Shown: positions 9,345 through 18,651 of the stretch, piece by piece
Position numbering within the stretch: the stretch's first letter is position 1
How the letters are laid out: each line of letters begins with the position of its first letter
Assembly (NCBI GenBank): GCA_035312485.1
Contig: DATGBV010000107.1
Span: 1 to 55,729 of the forward strand
Direction: 5' to 3'
Length of the DNA: 55,729 bases
Source of the DNA: Flavobacteriaceae bacterium
GTDB taxonomy: Bacteria > Bacteroidota > Bacteroidia > Flavobacteriales > Flavobacteriaceae
The notes under the pieces: model-generated
What the model saw: the letters and a program-made list of their open reading frames with translations, nothing else
Databases searched by the model: none
Told to the model about the DNA's origin: nothing
Position numbers and translations under genes: made by a program

Positions 9345-12300
9345 GTGAGTAAATTAGTTCTCTCGCAAACTTATGCACAGACTTTGCAAATGCAAAATCT
9401 GCGAAATGCTATTGCCAAAAATCAAAATAAAATACATTTAAAAGGACTAGTAGGTTCATCTTTATCGTTTGTTTTAACTCAAGTTTTTAAACAAGCTGAA
9501 AAACCTTTTCTTCTGGTATTTAACGATAAAGAAGAAGCTGCTTTTTATTTGAATGATTTAGAGATTTTACTTAACGACAGAGACATTCTTTTTTACCCAG
9601 GAAGCTATAGAAGACCATATCAAATAGAAGAAACAGATAATGCCAATGTGCTTTTACGAGCCGAAGTTTTAAATCGAATAAACTCGAGAAAAAAACCTGC
9701 AATCATTGTAACTTATCCAGACGCTCTTTTTGAAAAAGTGGTAACACGAAGAGAACTTGAAAGGAACACGTTGAAAATTTCTGTAAATGATAATCTGTCT
9801 ATAGATTTTGTAAACGAGGTTTTATTTGAGTATCAATTTAAACGGGTTGATTTTGTTACAGAGCCTGGTGAGTTTTCGGTTCGTGGTGGTATTGTTGATG
9901 TGTTTTCCTTTTCACATGATGAGCCTTACCGAATTGAATTTTTTGGAGATGAGGTAGATAGTATCAGGACTTTTGATGTAGAAACACAACTATCAACAGA
10001 ACAAATAAAGAAAATAAGCATCATCCCAAATGTTGCCAACAAATTTCTTGAAGAAAAGCGTCAAAGCTTTTTAAATTATATAGCTTCAAAAACAGTAGTT
10101 TTTATAAAAAATGCTGATTTGCTGTTTTCAAGAATTGATGATTTTTATGGTAAAGCTGAAGAAGTATTCAAAAACCTCTCTCCAGAAATAAAACATGCAG
10201 AACCTGAAGAATTATTTTGTAATTCAGAATTGTTAAAAAAACAGTTATTAGATTTTAATTTAGTTGAGTTTGGTACTTCGGCTACATTCAGTAACCAAAA
10301 CGTCATTGCGAACAACGTGAAGCAATCTGTTTCAGTGGAAAAGATTACCACGTCGCAAACTCCTCGTAATGACAAAATAGAATTCAACACTGTACCACAG
10401 CCTTCTTTTAATAAACAATTCAATCTACTAATAGAGGATTTAAATTCAAATCACGATAAAGGATACACCAATTATATAGCCTGTTCAAGTGAGCAGCAAG
10501 CCAAACGGTTTCATGATATTTTTGAAGCCTGTATTGAGCCTAGTCAAAATGACGTAGAAGAAGAGGTGCATTATAAGACTATTGTGCTTTCCTTATATCA
10601 AGGGTTTATAGACAACGACAACAAGATTGCCTGTTATACAGACCATCAAATTTTTGAACGTTATCATAAATTTCATCTTAAAAACGGTTATGCAAAAAAA
10701 CAGGCAATAACTTTAAAAGAACTTACAAATCTTGAAATTGGAGATTATGTAACTCATATTGATCATGGCATTGGCAAGTTTGGTGGCCTTCAAAAAATAG
10801 ATGTTGAGGGCAAGAAGCAAGAAGCTATAAAACTAATTTATGGAGAGCGAGATATCTTGTATTTAAGTATTCATTCACTTCATAAGATTACCAAGTTTAA
10901 TGGTAAAGATGGTAAGCCTCCTAAAATATATAAGTTAGGAAGCAAGGCTTGGAAAACCCTCAAGCAAAAAACCAAATCTCGTGTTAAGGAAATTGCGTTT
11001 AATCTTATCAAAGTTTATGCAAAGCGAAAGCTGGAAAAAGGCTATCAATACCATCCTGATAGTTATATGCAGCATGAGCTTGAAGCTTCGTTTATATATG
11101 AAGACACTCCAGATCAGAGTTCAGCAACAGAAGATATTAAAGCTGATATGGAAAGCGAACGTCCAATGGATCGTTTGGTGTGTGGAGATGTTGGTTTTGG
11201 CAAAACAGAAGTAGCTATTCGTGCAGCATTTAAAGCGGTTGATAATAGTAAACAAGTCGCTGTTTTGGTGCCAACCACTATTTTAGCGTATCAACACTTC
11301 AGAACATTTACAGAGCGTTTAAAAGATTTTCCTGTTACTGTTGGTTATTTAAATAGATTTAGAACAGCAAAGCAAAAACGTGAAACACTAGAACAGCTTG
11401 AAAGCGGAAGTTTAGACATTATTATTGGCACACACCAATTAGTGAACAAAAATGTGAAGTTTAAAGACTTAGGACTTCTTATTGTTGATGAAGAACAAAA
11501 GTTTGGTGTTGCTGTTAAAGAAAAACTGAAGACCTTAAAAGAAAATGTAGATGTGTTAACACTAACTGCAACTCCAATACCTAGAACGCTACAGTTTAGC
11601 TTGATGGCAGCAAGAGATTTGTCTGTGATAACTACACCGCCACCAAATCGTTATCCAATAGAAAGTCATGTGATTCGTTTTAATGAAGAAATAATTCGTG
11701 ATGCTGTTTCATACGAAATTCAACGTGGAGGTCAAATATTCTTCATCCATAATCGTATTGAAAACATTAAAGAAGTGGCAGGCCTTATTCAGCGTTTAGT
11801 TCCTGATGCAAAGATTGGAATTGGTCATGGACAGTTAGATGGTAGAAAACTCGAACAACTGATGCTGGCATTTATGAATGGCGAATTTGATGTTTTGGTT
11901 AGTACTACCATTGTTGAAAGTGGTCTTGATGTTCCAAATGCCAACACTATTTTTATTAATAATGCTAATAATTTTGGGTTAAGTGATTTGCACCAAATGC
12001 GTGGTCGTGTAGGAAGAAGCAACAAAAAAGCATTTTGTTATTTTATAACACCAGAATATTCTGCCATGACTAATGATGCCAGAAAACGGATTACAGCTTT
12101 AGAACAGTTTACCGAATTAGGAAGCGGATTTAATATTGCCATGAAAGATCTAGAAATTCGTGGTGCTGGTGATTTACTTGGTGGTGAACAAAGTGGTTTC
12201 ATAAATGATATAGGATTTGACACCTATCAAAAAATACTCAATGAAGCCATTGAAGAATTAAAGGAAAACGAATTTAAAGACCTTTATCAAGATGATGGTA

Positions 12301-12779
12301 AGGAAAAAGAATATGTAAAAGACATTACTATAGATACAGATTTTGAGTTATTATTCCCAGATAATTATGTAAACAATATCACAGAACGTTTAAATTTGTA
12401 CACACAACTAAATAATATTAAAACAGAGGGAGAACTTCTTAAATTTGCAACCGAAATTATTGATCGTTTTGGAGATTTACCAAAACAAGTGTCAGATTTG
12501 TTGGATAGTGTTCGCATAAAATGGTTGGCAACAAAAATTGGTTTAGAAAAAGTTGTCATGAAGCATGGCAAGCTTGTGGGCTATTTCATTAGCGATCAAA
12601 AAAGCCAGTTTTACAACAGCAAAGATTTTACCAAAGTCTTAAAGTTTGTTCAAAACAATCCAAAAAAGTGTAAAATAAAAGAAAAACAAACGCGAACAGG
12701 GTTGAGATTATTAATTACTTTTGAACGTATAAAAACCATTCAAAACGCATTGGAAGCAATGCAGTCAATTATGGCTTAA
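9345..12779 (+). CDS. mfd: Transcription-repair coupling factor
   Basis: GDVGFGKT, DEEQKFG, TATPIPRT, QMRGRVGR, TRCF C-terminus; TATATTTG at 9321-9328. Confidence 0.98.
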   Translation: MSKLVLSQTYAQTLQMQNLRNAIAKNQNKIHLKGLVGSSLSFVLTQVFKQAEKPFLLVFNDKEEAAFYLNDLEILLNDRDILFYPGSYRRPYQIEETDNANVLLRAEVLNRINSRKKPAIIVTYPDALFEKVVTRRELERNTLKISVNDNLSIDFVNEVLFEYQFKRVDFVTEPGEFSVRGGIVDVFSFSHDEPYRIEFFGDEVDSIRTFDVETQLSTEQIKKISIIPNVANKFLEEKRQSFLNYIASKTVVFIKNADLLFSRIDDFYGKAEEVFKNLSPEIKHAEPEELFCNSELLKKQLLDFNLVEFGTSATFSNQNVIANNVKQSVSVEKITTSQTPRNDKIEFNTVPQPSFNKQFNLLIEDLNSNHDKGYTNYIACSSEQQAKRFHDIFEACIEPSQNDVEEEVHYKTIVLSLYQGFIDNDNKIACYTDHQIFERYHKFHLKNGYAKKQAITLKELTNLEIGDYVTHIDHGIGKFGGLQKIDVEGKKQEAIKLIYGERDILYLSIHSLHKITKFNGKDGKPPKIYKLGSKAWKTLKQKTKSRVKEIAFNLIKVYAKRKLEKGYQYHPDSYMQHELEASFIYEDTPDQSSATEDIKADMESERPMDRLVCGDVGFGKTEVAIRAAFKAVDNSKQVAVLVPTTILAYQHFRTFTERLKDFPVTVGYLNRFRTAKQKRETLEQLESGSLDIIIGTHQLVNKNVKFKDLGLLIVDEEQKFGVAVKEKLKTLKENVDVLTLTATPIPRTLQFSLMAARDLSVITTPPPNRYPIESHVIRFNEEIIRDAVSYEIQRGGQIFFIHNRIENIKEVAGLIQRLVPDAKIGIGHGQLDGRKLEQLMLAFMNGEFDVLVSTTIVESGLDVPNANTIFINNANNFGLSDLHQMRGRVGRSNKKAFCYFITPEYSAMTNDARKRITALEQFTELGSGFNIAMKDLEIRGAGDLLGGEQSGFINDIGFDTYQKILNEAIEELKENEFKDLYQDDGKEKEYVKDITIDTDFELLFPDNYVNNITERLNLYTQLNNIKTEGELLKFATEIIDRFGDLPKQVSDLLDSVRIKWLATKIGLEKVVMKHGKLVGYFISDQKSQFYNSKDFTKVLKFVQNNPKKCKIKEKQTRTGLRLLITFERIKTIQNALEAMQSIMA
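10302..10373. repeat. GTCATT...AATGAC palindromic miniature element, in frame within mfd
   Basis: gtcattgcga...gcaatct...agattac...tcgtaatgac; 72 nt; same architecture as the intergenic copy at 16406-16487. Confidence 0.8.
10527..10551. repeat. Degenerate short palindromic unit in mfd
   Basis: attgagcctagtcaaaat resembles attgagcttgtcgaaat at about 14213-14229. Confidence 0.45.
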
Positions 12780-12846
12780 TTCTTGTCGTATTCATTTTTA
12801 AAGTGTGACATTTATATTTTACTTGAGTCTTAATAAAAAAGAAATA

Positions 12847-14181
12847 GTGTTAAAAAAAACCTTATTATTTGCAGTTTTAATTCCAGTTTGGGTGTTCGGT
12901 CAACACACCATAAAAGGGAACATTTCTCCAAATATTGGATATAAAAATGCTATTTTATATAAAATTTTACCAACTAAATTAAATTATATTACTCATGCAG
13001 CGATAGATGAAAAAGGTTCTTTCAATATAGCTTTAGACTCAACAGTTTCAAGTGGTATGTATAAGTTGGTTTATGCCATTCCTGAAGAAGAGTATAGTTT
13101 CGATATAATCTATAATGCGAAGGAAGATATTGAGTTTACATACAATTCTGAAACTGGAATTACATATCAAAAATCCATTGAAAATAAGCTCATAGCAGCT
13201 TATACAAGTAGTATGTCGCTAGTAGGTCAGGAAATAGGGAAACATTTTGCCGAAGAAAGTACAGACTCATTGGCTTTACTTTCTATTTTCAGTAAGCAAA
13301 AAATAGTGCAATCACAATTTGAAGATGATGCAAAGGAAACCATAGCACTGCACTTTATTAAAGCGAATAAGCCATATATGCCAGACGATTATGAAGATTA
13401 TAATACATATGTTAAAAATTTACAGAAACATTTTTTTGATTCTGTAGACTTTAATGATAAGGTATTACAAAGCTCAAATTTTTTAATTGAAAGAACGCTC
13501 AATTACGTTTTTGGAATTATGTCTGAAGATAAGGATGAAACAGCAAATTATATCACAAATATAGATGAAGTACATCGGGTTTTAAAAGACACTAAACCTA
13601 TTATAAAATCCAGAATTTTAGAAGTATTATGGCAACAAATGGCAGATGCTGGTTATGATGATGTTGCCAACCATGTAGCAGATAAATATTTAATTAAAAT
13701 TGCAAAACAGCTAGACAACACAGAACTTTTAAATAAAATGGCTTTGTTTAAAAGTTTGTCAATTGGTAATAAAGCACCAGATTTTACTTTAAGGGTTAAA
13801 GAAAATAATGAGTTTGTTTCAAAACAAATAAGCGAATTAAACATTGCTGATAAGTACATCGTTCTCTTTTGGAGCAGTACTTGTGATCATTGTTTGGACG
13901 AAATTCCCCAATTGCAATCCTATATTAAAAAACTACTCAAAGGAACGATAAAAGTTATAGCTATCGGTCTTGAAGATAGTGCTGAAAACTGGAAAAAGGA
14001 AGCTATTAAATACCCAGAGTTTATACATGTTCTTGGATTAAATAAATGGAAAAACAAAATAGCAACCAGTTACAATGTAATGGCAACACCTACATATTTT
14101 GTACTAGACAAGGACAAAAAAATTATTGCTAAACCTTACGATTTTGAAATTTTAGAAGAGTACTTGTCTGCAGGACTTTAA
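12847..14181 (+). CDS. Exported TlpA/thioredoxin-fold protein
   Basis: Signal peptide; GNKAPDF, FWSSTCDHC, ATPTYFVLD; GTG at 12847 preferred as start. Confidence 0.8.
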   Translation: MLKKTLLFAVLIPVWVFGQHTIKGNISPNIGYKNAILYKILPTKLNYITHAAIDEKGSFNIALDSTVSSGMYKLVYAIPEEEYSFDIIYNAKEDIEFTYNSETGITYQKSIENKLIAAYTSSMSLVGQEIGKHFAEESTDSLALLSIFSKQKIVQSQFEDDAKETIALHFIKANKPYMPDDYEDYNTYVKNLQKHFFDSVDFNDKVLQSSNFLIERTLNYVFGIMSEDKDETANYITNIDEVHRVLKDTKPIIKSRILEVLWQQMADAGYDDVANHVADKYLIKIAKQLDNTELLNKMALFKSLSIGNKAPDFTLRVKENNEFVSKQISELNIADKYIVLFWSSTCDHCLDEIPQLQSYIKKLLKGTIKVIAIGLEDSAENWKKEAIKYPEFIHVLGLNKWKNKIATSYNVMATPTYFVLDKDKKIIAKPYDFEILEEYLSAGL

Positions 14182-14193
14182 AAATGATTTACT

Positions 14194-14285
14194 TGTCATT
14201 CTGAATTGTCACATTGAGCTTGTCGAAATGTTGTTCAGAATCCAAATAAATTAACAGTTGATTCCGCATCTAGTGCGGAATGACA
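14194..14285. repeat. Composite intergenic palindromic element (TGTCATTC...GAATGACA) with nested unit
   Basis: Terminal inverted repeat tgtcattc/gaatgaca, two internal hairpins, nested gtcacattgagcttgtcgaaatg. Confidence 0.8.
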
Positions 14286-14292
14286 ATATAAA

Positions 14293-14652
14293 TTAAAAAT
14301 GATAAAAAGCATTTTCCAGATGCTCAATATTGAAATCTTGTTTTTCTTTTACAATGGCAATAATATCAAACCTGACCTCAACATCCATTTTATTTACAGT
14401 AACATATTCATGAACAGCTTTTACCAATCGCTGTATTTGTTTTGGTTTCACAAAGTCCTGCGGATTTCCAAAATCTGAAGTAGAACGTGTTTTGACTTCA
14501 ACAATGGCAAGTATATCTTCTTTTTTGGCAATAATATCAACTTCGGCTTTGTCAAAACGGTAATTGCGCTCAACAATCTGGTAGTCTTTTTTTAAAAGAT
14601 AATCGACTGCTAATTGTTCGCCTTTTTTACCAAGTTGGTTGTGTTGTGCCAT
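14293..14652 (-). CDS. yraN: YraN family (UPF0102) nuclease-like protein
   Basis: GKKGEQLA, EVDIIA, VEVKTR, RFDII. Confidence 0.9.
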   Translation of the reverse strand: MAQHNQLGKKGEQLAVDYLLKKDYQIVERNYRFDKAEVDIIAKKEDILAIVEVKTRSTSDFGNPQDFVKPKQIQRLVKAVHEYVTVNKMDVEVRFDIIAIVKEKQDFNIEHLENAFYHF

Positions 14653-14706
14653 GTTTTATTCTTCTACAGTTAAATTGCAGATTGATTTTGATGATGTATC
14701 CAAAAG

Positions 14707-15279
14707 CTATTGCTTTTTGGGAGGATGCTCTTGAATATATTTCCACATGTCTGGATCTGCCATAGCCCAATATTTTTCGTAAAAATCCCTTTTGCCTAAG
14801 TTATTATTTTTCAATAAACTTCCAAAAAAACCAATTAATGTGTCTCTATATTTTGAGTTTTCCGACAACATATCATTCCCCTTATTATCAAAAACCATTA
14901 CAGATGAATAAATATAATTCAATTCTTCATTCCCTTTAGCGGCTACAATAAACAATTTTTCCACATCAGCAAATAGTTTTACATCTTCCCAAATCCGAAT
15001 GGAAAGTGTCACATCATTTGGATTGACTACTTCTTTTGTACAACTACCGTAATTATCATACATCATTTTTTTTGTATTGAAAGCCGATGATGTACATTCA
15101 AACTTTGCTTCATTAATATAAAAAGTATCTTTCTCTATTATAGATACTGTTTTTTCAATAACTACATTATTAAACCCATTTTCTGAAGCATCACTACAAT
15201 AATTTGCAGTCCTATTTTTTATAGCAGAACAGGAAATAATTAATAATATTAATATGAGAAGGAATAAAGAGTTTTTCAT
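14707..15279 (-). CDS. Hypothetical lipoprotein
   Basis: Lipobox LIISC after hydrophobic N-terminus. Confidence 0.65.
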   Translation of the reverse strand: MKNSLFLLILILLIISCSAIKNRTANYCSDASENGFNNVVIEKTVSIIEKDTFYINEAKFECTSSAFNTKKMMYDNYGSCTKEVVNPNDVTLSIRIWEDVKLFADVEKLFIVAAKGNEELNYIYSSVMVFDNKGNDMLSENSKYRDTLIGFFGSLLKNNNLGKRDFYEKYWAMADPDMWKYIQEHPPKKQ

Positions 15280-15283
15280 TTAT

Positions 15284-16312
15284 TTAATCAAGAAAAGTTA
15301 ATGTCGATTTATCTTTTCCAACTTTTAACTCAACCATTTTTCCAAGTATCATCGCACGATTATCTTTTTCGTGTCCAGCTGGCATATTAAATGCAATTGG
15401 GAAATCATAATCTGCTAAAGCATCCAAAATTAATTGCTCTACAGAAGTTCCCCAAAGTGTTGTATTCTTACGTAGTTTAGTCATATTGCCAACAATCACA
15501 CCTTTGCAATTTTCAAAATAACCTGCACGTTTTAAACTTTGTAACATGCGGTCTATATGATACTTATACTCACCAATTTCTTCAATAAATAAAATCTTTC
15601 CAGAAACATCAATACTTGTATTAGAGCCTAACATGGTATGTAACATGGTTAAGTTACCACCAACTACAGGAGCCATACCATTACCAACTTTGTTGTATTT
15701 TGAGCCTTCTAATGTATAAGACAAAGGGTTGCCAAAAAGGGCGTCTTTAAAGGTTGCGATGCTTTCTTCAATGTCTTCTAAATCATCACTTAAACTTGTA
15801 CACATCAACGCATGAATACTTTCAAAACCTTGATTATGAAATTGGTTGTGCAACGCTGTAATATCACTATAACCAATCAACCATTTTGGATTTTCTTTCA
15901 GTTTTGTGAAGTTTAATTTATCAAGAATTCTAACAGTTCCGTAACCACCTCTTGCACACCAAATAGCAGAAATTGTCGGGTCATCCATTGCTTTTTGGAA
16001 ATCTTCACAACGTTCATCATCAGTACCTGCAAAATGATTAGCTTTATTAAACACATGTTTGCCTACAACCACATTTAAGCCCCAACTTTTAAGTAAGCTT
16101 TTAGCTTGTTCAATTTCTTTTTCACGATTTTTGAGAATTCCAGAAGGCGCAACAATAGCTACAGTATCGCCAGCTTTAAGATATGGTGGTTGAATAAGTT
16201 TTTTATTCATAATTGCATTGACATTAGATAAACTTGGTTCTTGTGCCTCTACTGTTTTTGGGAGCACTAAAACAATACAAATAACACAATATATTATTCG
16301 ATTTAAAAACAT
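15284..16312 (-). CDS. LD-carboxypeptidase (peptidase S66)
   Basis: ARGGYG, IGYSDIT, ILFIEE, PAGH. Confidence 0.92.
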   Translation of the reverse strand: MFLNRIIYCVICIVLVLPKTVEAQEPSLSNVNAIMNKKLIQPPYLKAGDTVAIVAPSGILKNREKEIEQAKSLLKSWGLNVVVGKHVFNKANHFAGTDDERCEDFQKAMDDPTISAIWCARGGYGTVRILDKLNFTKLKENPKWLIGYSDITALHNQFHNQGFESIHALMCTSLSDDLEDIEESIATFKDALFGNPLSYTLEGSKYNKVGNGMAPVVGGNLTMLHTMLGSNTSIDVSGKILFIEEIGEYKYHIDRMLQSLKRAGYFENCKGVIVGNMTKLRKNTTLWGTSVEQLILDALADYDFPIAFNMPAGHEKDNRAMILGKMVELKVGKDKSTLTFLD

Positions 16313-16405
16313 AAAATAGGCTTTTTGTAAATATAACGAACTTCTGAAGAATTCCTTTTCCTAATCGCTTTCAAATTATGTATTTTTACGCCTTCAAATT
16401 AACGT

Positions 16406-16487
16406 GTCATTCCGAGCGAAGCGTGGGAATCTGTCTGTTGGAGTTCTAATTATAAGATTGCTTCGTCGTTTCACTTCTCGCAATGAC
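16406..16487. repeat. GTCATT...AATGAC palindromic miniature element upstream of metG
   Basis: gtcattccgag...gggaatct...agattgcttcgtcg...ctcgcaatgac. Confidence 0.85.
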
Positions 16488-16503
16488 TATAATTTTTTAG
16501 TTA

Positions 16504-18570
16504 ATGAAAACACCTAAAAGATATACAATAACTGCAGCGTTACCCTACACTAATGGACCAATACATATTGGGCATTTAGCTGGAGTTTATGTGCCTGCCG
16601 ATATTTATGCACGTTATTTGCGTTTAACAGGAAATGATGTTGCATTTATTTGTGGAAGCGATGAGCATGGTGTGCCTATTACCATAAAGGCAAAAAAAGA
16701 AGGTGTTTCGCCGCAGGATATTGTTGATAAATATCATGCCATAATTAAACAGTCATTTGAGGATTTTGGAATTTCGTTTGATAATTATTCTCGTACTTCA
16801 GCAAAAATTCACCATGAAACTGCATCAGAGTTTTTTATGGAGTTGTACAGTAAAGGTGAATTTATTGAAGAAACTACCGAACAACTTTATGATGAAGAAG
16901 CCAATCAATTTTTGGCAGATCGTTTTGTTACTGGAACATGTCCTAAATGTGGTAATGAAGAAGCCTATGGAGATCAATGTGAGAATTGTGGTTCAAGTCT
17001 AAATGCTACAGATTTAATAAATCCTAAATCTGCAATTACTGGCAATACACCTACGTTGAAGCAAACAAAACACTGGTTTTTACCATTGGATAAGCATGAA
17101 GCTTTTTTAAAAGAATGGATTCTTGAAGGACACAAAAATGATTGGAAATCGAATGTTTATGGACAGTGTAAATCCTGGATAGATGACGGTTTGAAACCTC
17201 GTGCAGTAACACGTGATTTAGATTGGGGAATTTCAGTTCCGCTTCCTGAAGCTGAAGGCAAAGTGCTTTATGTTTGGTTTGATGCTCCAATTGGTTATAT
17301 TTCTTCTACTAAAGAATGGGCAAAACGCGTTGGAAAAGATTGGAAACCATACTGGAAAGATAAAGGCACTACATTGGTACACTTTATTGGTAAAGACAAT
17401 ATTGTATTTCATTGCATCATTTTTCCTGCTATGTTAAAAGCAGAAGGAAGTTATATTTTACCTGAAAATGTTCCAGCCAATGAGTTTTTGAATTTAGAAG
17501 GCAATAAATTATCAACTTCAAAAAACTGGGCAGTCTGGTTACCAGAATATTTACAGGATTTTCCAGACAAACAAGATGTTTTGCGTTATGCATTAACAGC
17601 CAATGCACCAGAAACCAAAGACAACGATTTTACTTGGAAGGATTTTCAGGCAAGAAATAATAACGAATTGGTTGCCATTTTCGGTAACTTTATAAATCGA
17701 GTAGTGGTTCTTACTAATAAATATTACAATGGAATTGTTCCTGAACCAAGTGAATTTTCAGAAACTGATGCTGAAACATTAAATGCAGTAAAAACTTATC
17801 CTGAAATAATTTTAAATTCTATTGAACGTTACAGGTTTAGGGAAGCAAGTCAGGAACTATTGAATCTGGCAAGACTTGGTAACAAATATTTGGCAGATGA
17901 AGAACCTTGGAAAGTGATTAAAGAAGATCAAGCCAGAACAAAAACCATAATGTTTGTCGCTTTGCAAATTGCAAGTGCTTTAGCTACATTATGTGAGCCA
18001 TTCTTACCTTTTACTTCAACTAAACTTAAATCTATTCTTTGTCATTCCGCACTTGATGCGGAATCCACTTGGAATGATATTTCATCAAAAGATATTTTAA
18101 TATCACATGGTCATCAAATAGGTAAGGCGGAATTATTATTCAGTAAAATAGAAGATGCTGAAATTCAATTACAATTAGATAAATTGATTGCCAGTAAAAA
18201 AGCCAATGAAGTTGAAAACAAAACCGTTGAACCTAAAAAAGATGAAATTACTTTTGATGATTTCTCAAAGTTAGATATACGTGTTGGAACTATTTTGGAG
18301 GCAGAAAAGATGCCAAAAACCAAGAAACTATTAGTCTTAAAAGTAGATACAGGAATAGATGTTAGAACTATAGTTTCTGGAATAGCAGAAAGCTATTCTG
18401 CAGGAGAAGTTGTGGGTAAAAGAGTAACAGTTTTGGTTAATCTGGCTTCAAGAGCATTGAGAGGAGTGGAAAGTGAAGGCATGATTTTAATGACTGAAAC
18501 TCCAGAAGGAAAATTGGTATTTGTAAATCCTGATAGCAGTTCGATTGCTAATGGTTTGAAAGTCAGTTAG
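16504..18570 (+). CDS. metG: Methionine--tRNA ligase
   Basis: HIGH, Zn knuckles CPKC/CENC, KLSTS, C-terminal tRNA-binding domain. Confidence 0.98.
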   Translation: MKTPKRYTITAALPYTNGPIHIGHLAGVYVPADIYARYLRLTGNDVAFICGSDEHGVPITIKAKKEGVSPQDIVDKYHAIIKQSFEDFGISFDNYSRTSAKIHHETASEFFMELYSKGEFIEETTEQLYDEEANQFLADRFVTGTCPKCGNEEAYGDQCENCGSSLNATDLINPKSAITGNTPTLKQTKHWFLPLDKHEAFLKEWILEGHKNDWKSNVYGQCKSWIDDGLKPRAVTRDLDWGISVPLPEAEGKVLYVWFDAPIGYISSTKEWAKRVGKDWKPYWKDKGTTLVHFIGKDNIVFHCIIFPAMLKAEGSYILPENVPANEFLNLEGNKLSTSKNWAVWLPEYLQDFPDKQDVLRYALTANAPETKDNDFTWKDFQARNNNELVAIFGNFINRVVVLTNKYYNGIVPEPSEFSETDAETLNAVKTYPEIILNSIERYRFREASQELLNLARLGNKYLADEEPWKVIKEDQARTKTIMFVALQIASALATLCEPFLPFTSTKLKSILCHSALDAESTWNDISSKDILISHGHQIGKAELLFSKIEDAEIQLQLDKLIASKKANEVENKTVEPKKDEITFDDFSKLDIRVGTILEAEKMPKTKKLLVLKVDTGIDVRTIVSGIAESYSAGEVVGKRVTVLVNLASRALRGVESEGMILMTETPEGKLVFVNPDSSSIANGLKVS
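18040..18065. repeat. Palindromic half-element in frame within metG
   Basis: tgtcattccgcacttgatgcggaatc matches the reverse complement of 14260-14285 at 25/26; encodes CHSALDAES. Confidence 0.88.
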
Positions 18571-18583
18571 GATTTTATATAAA

Positions 18584-18627
18584 TTTACAGAAAAAGATGG
18601 ATAAACTTAACCATCTTTTTCTGTAAA
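18584..18627. terminator. Long perfect hairpin between convergent metG and sulP
   Basis: 17-bp stem tttacagaaaaagatgg / ccatctttttctgtaaa. Confidence 0.75.
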
Positions 18628-18651
18628 CCGCCTCAATCAAAAATATGAATT

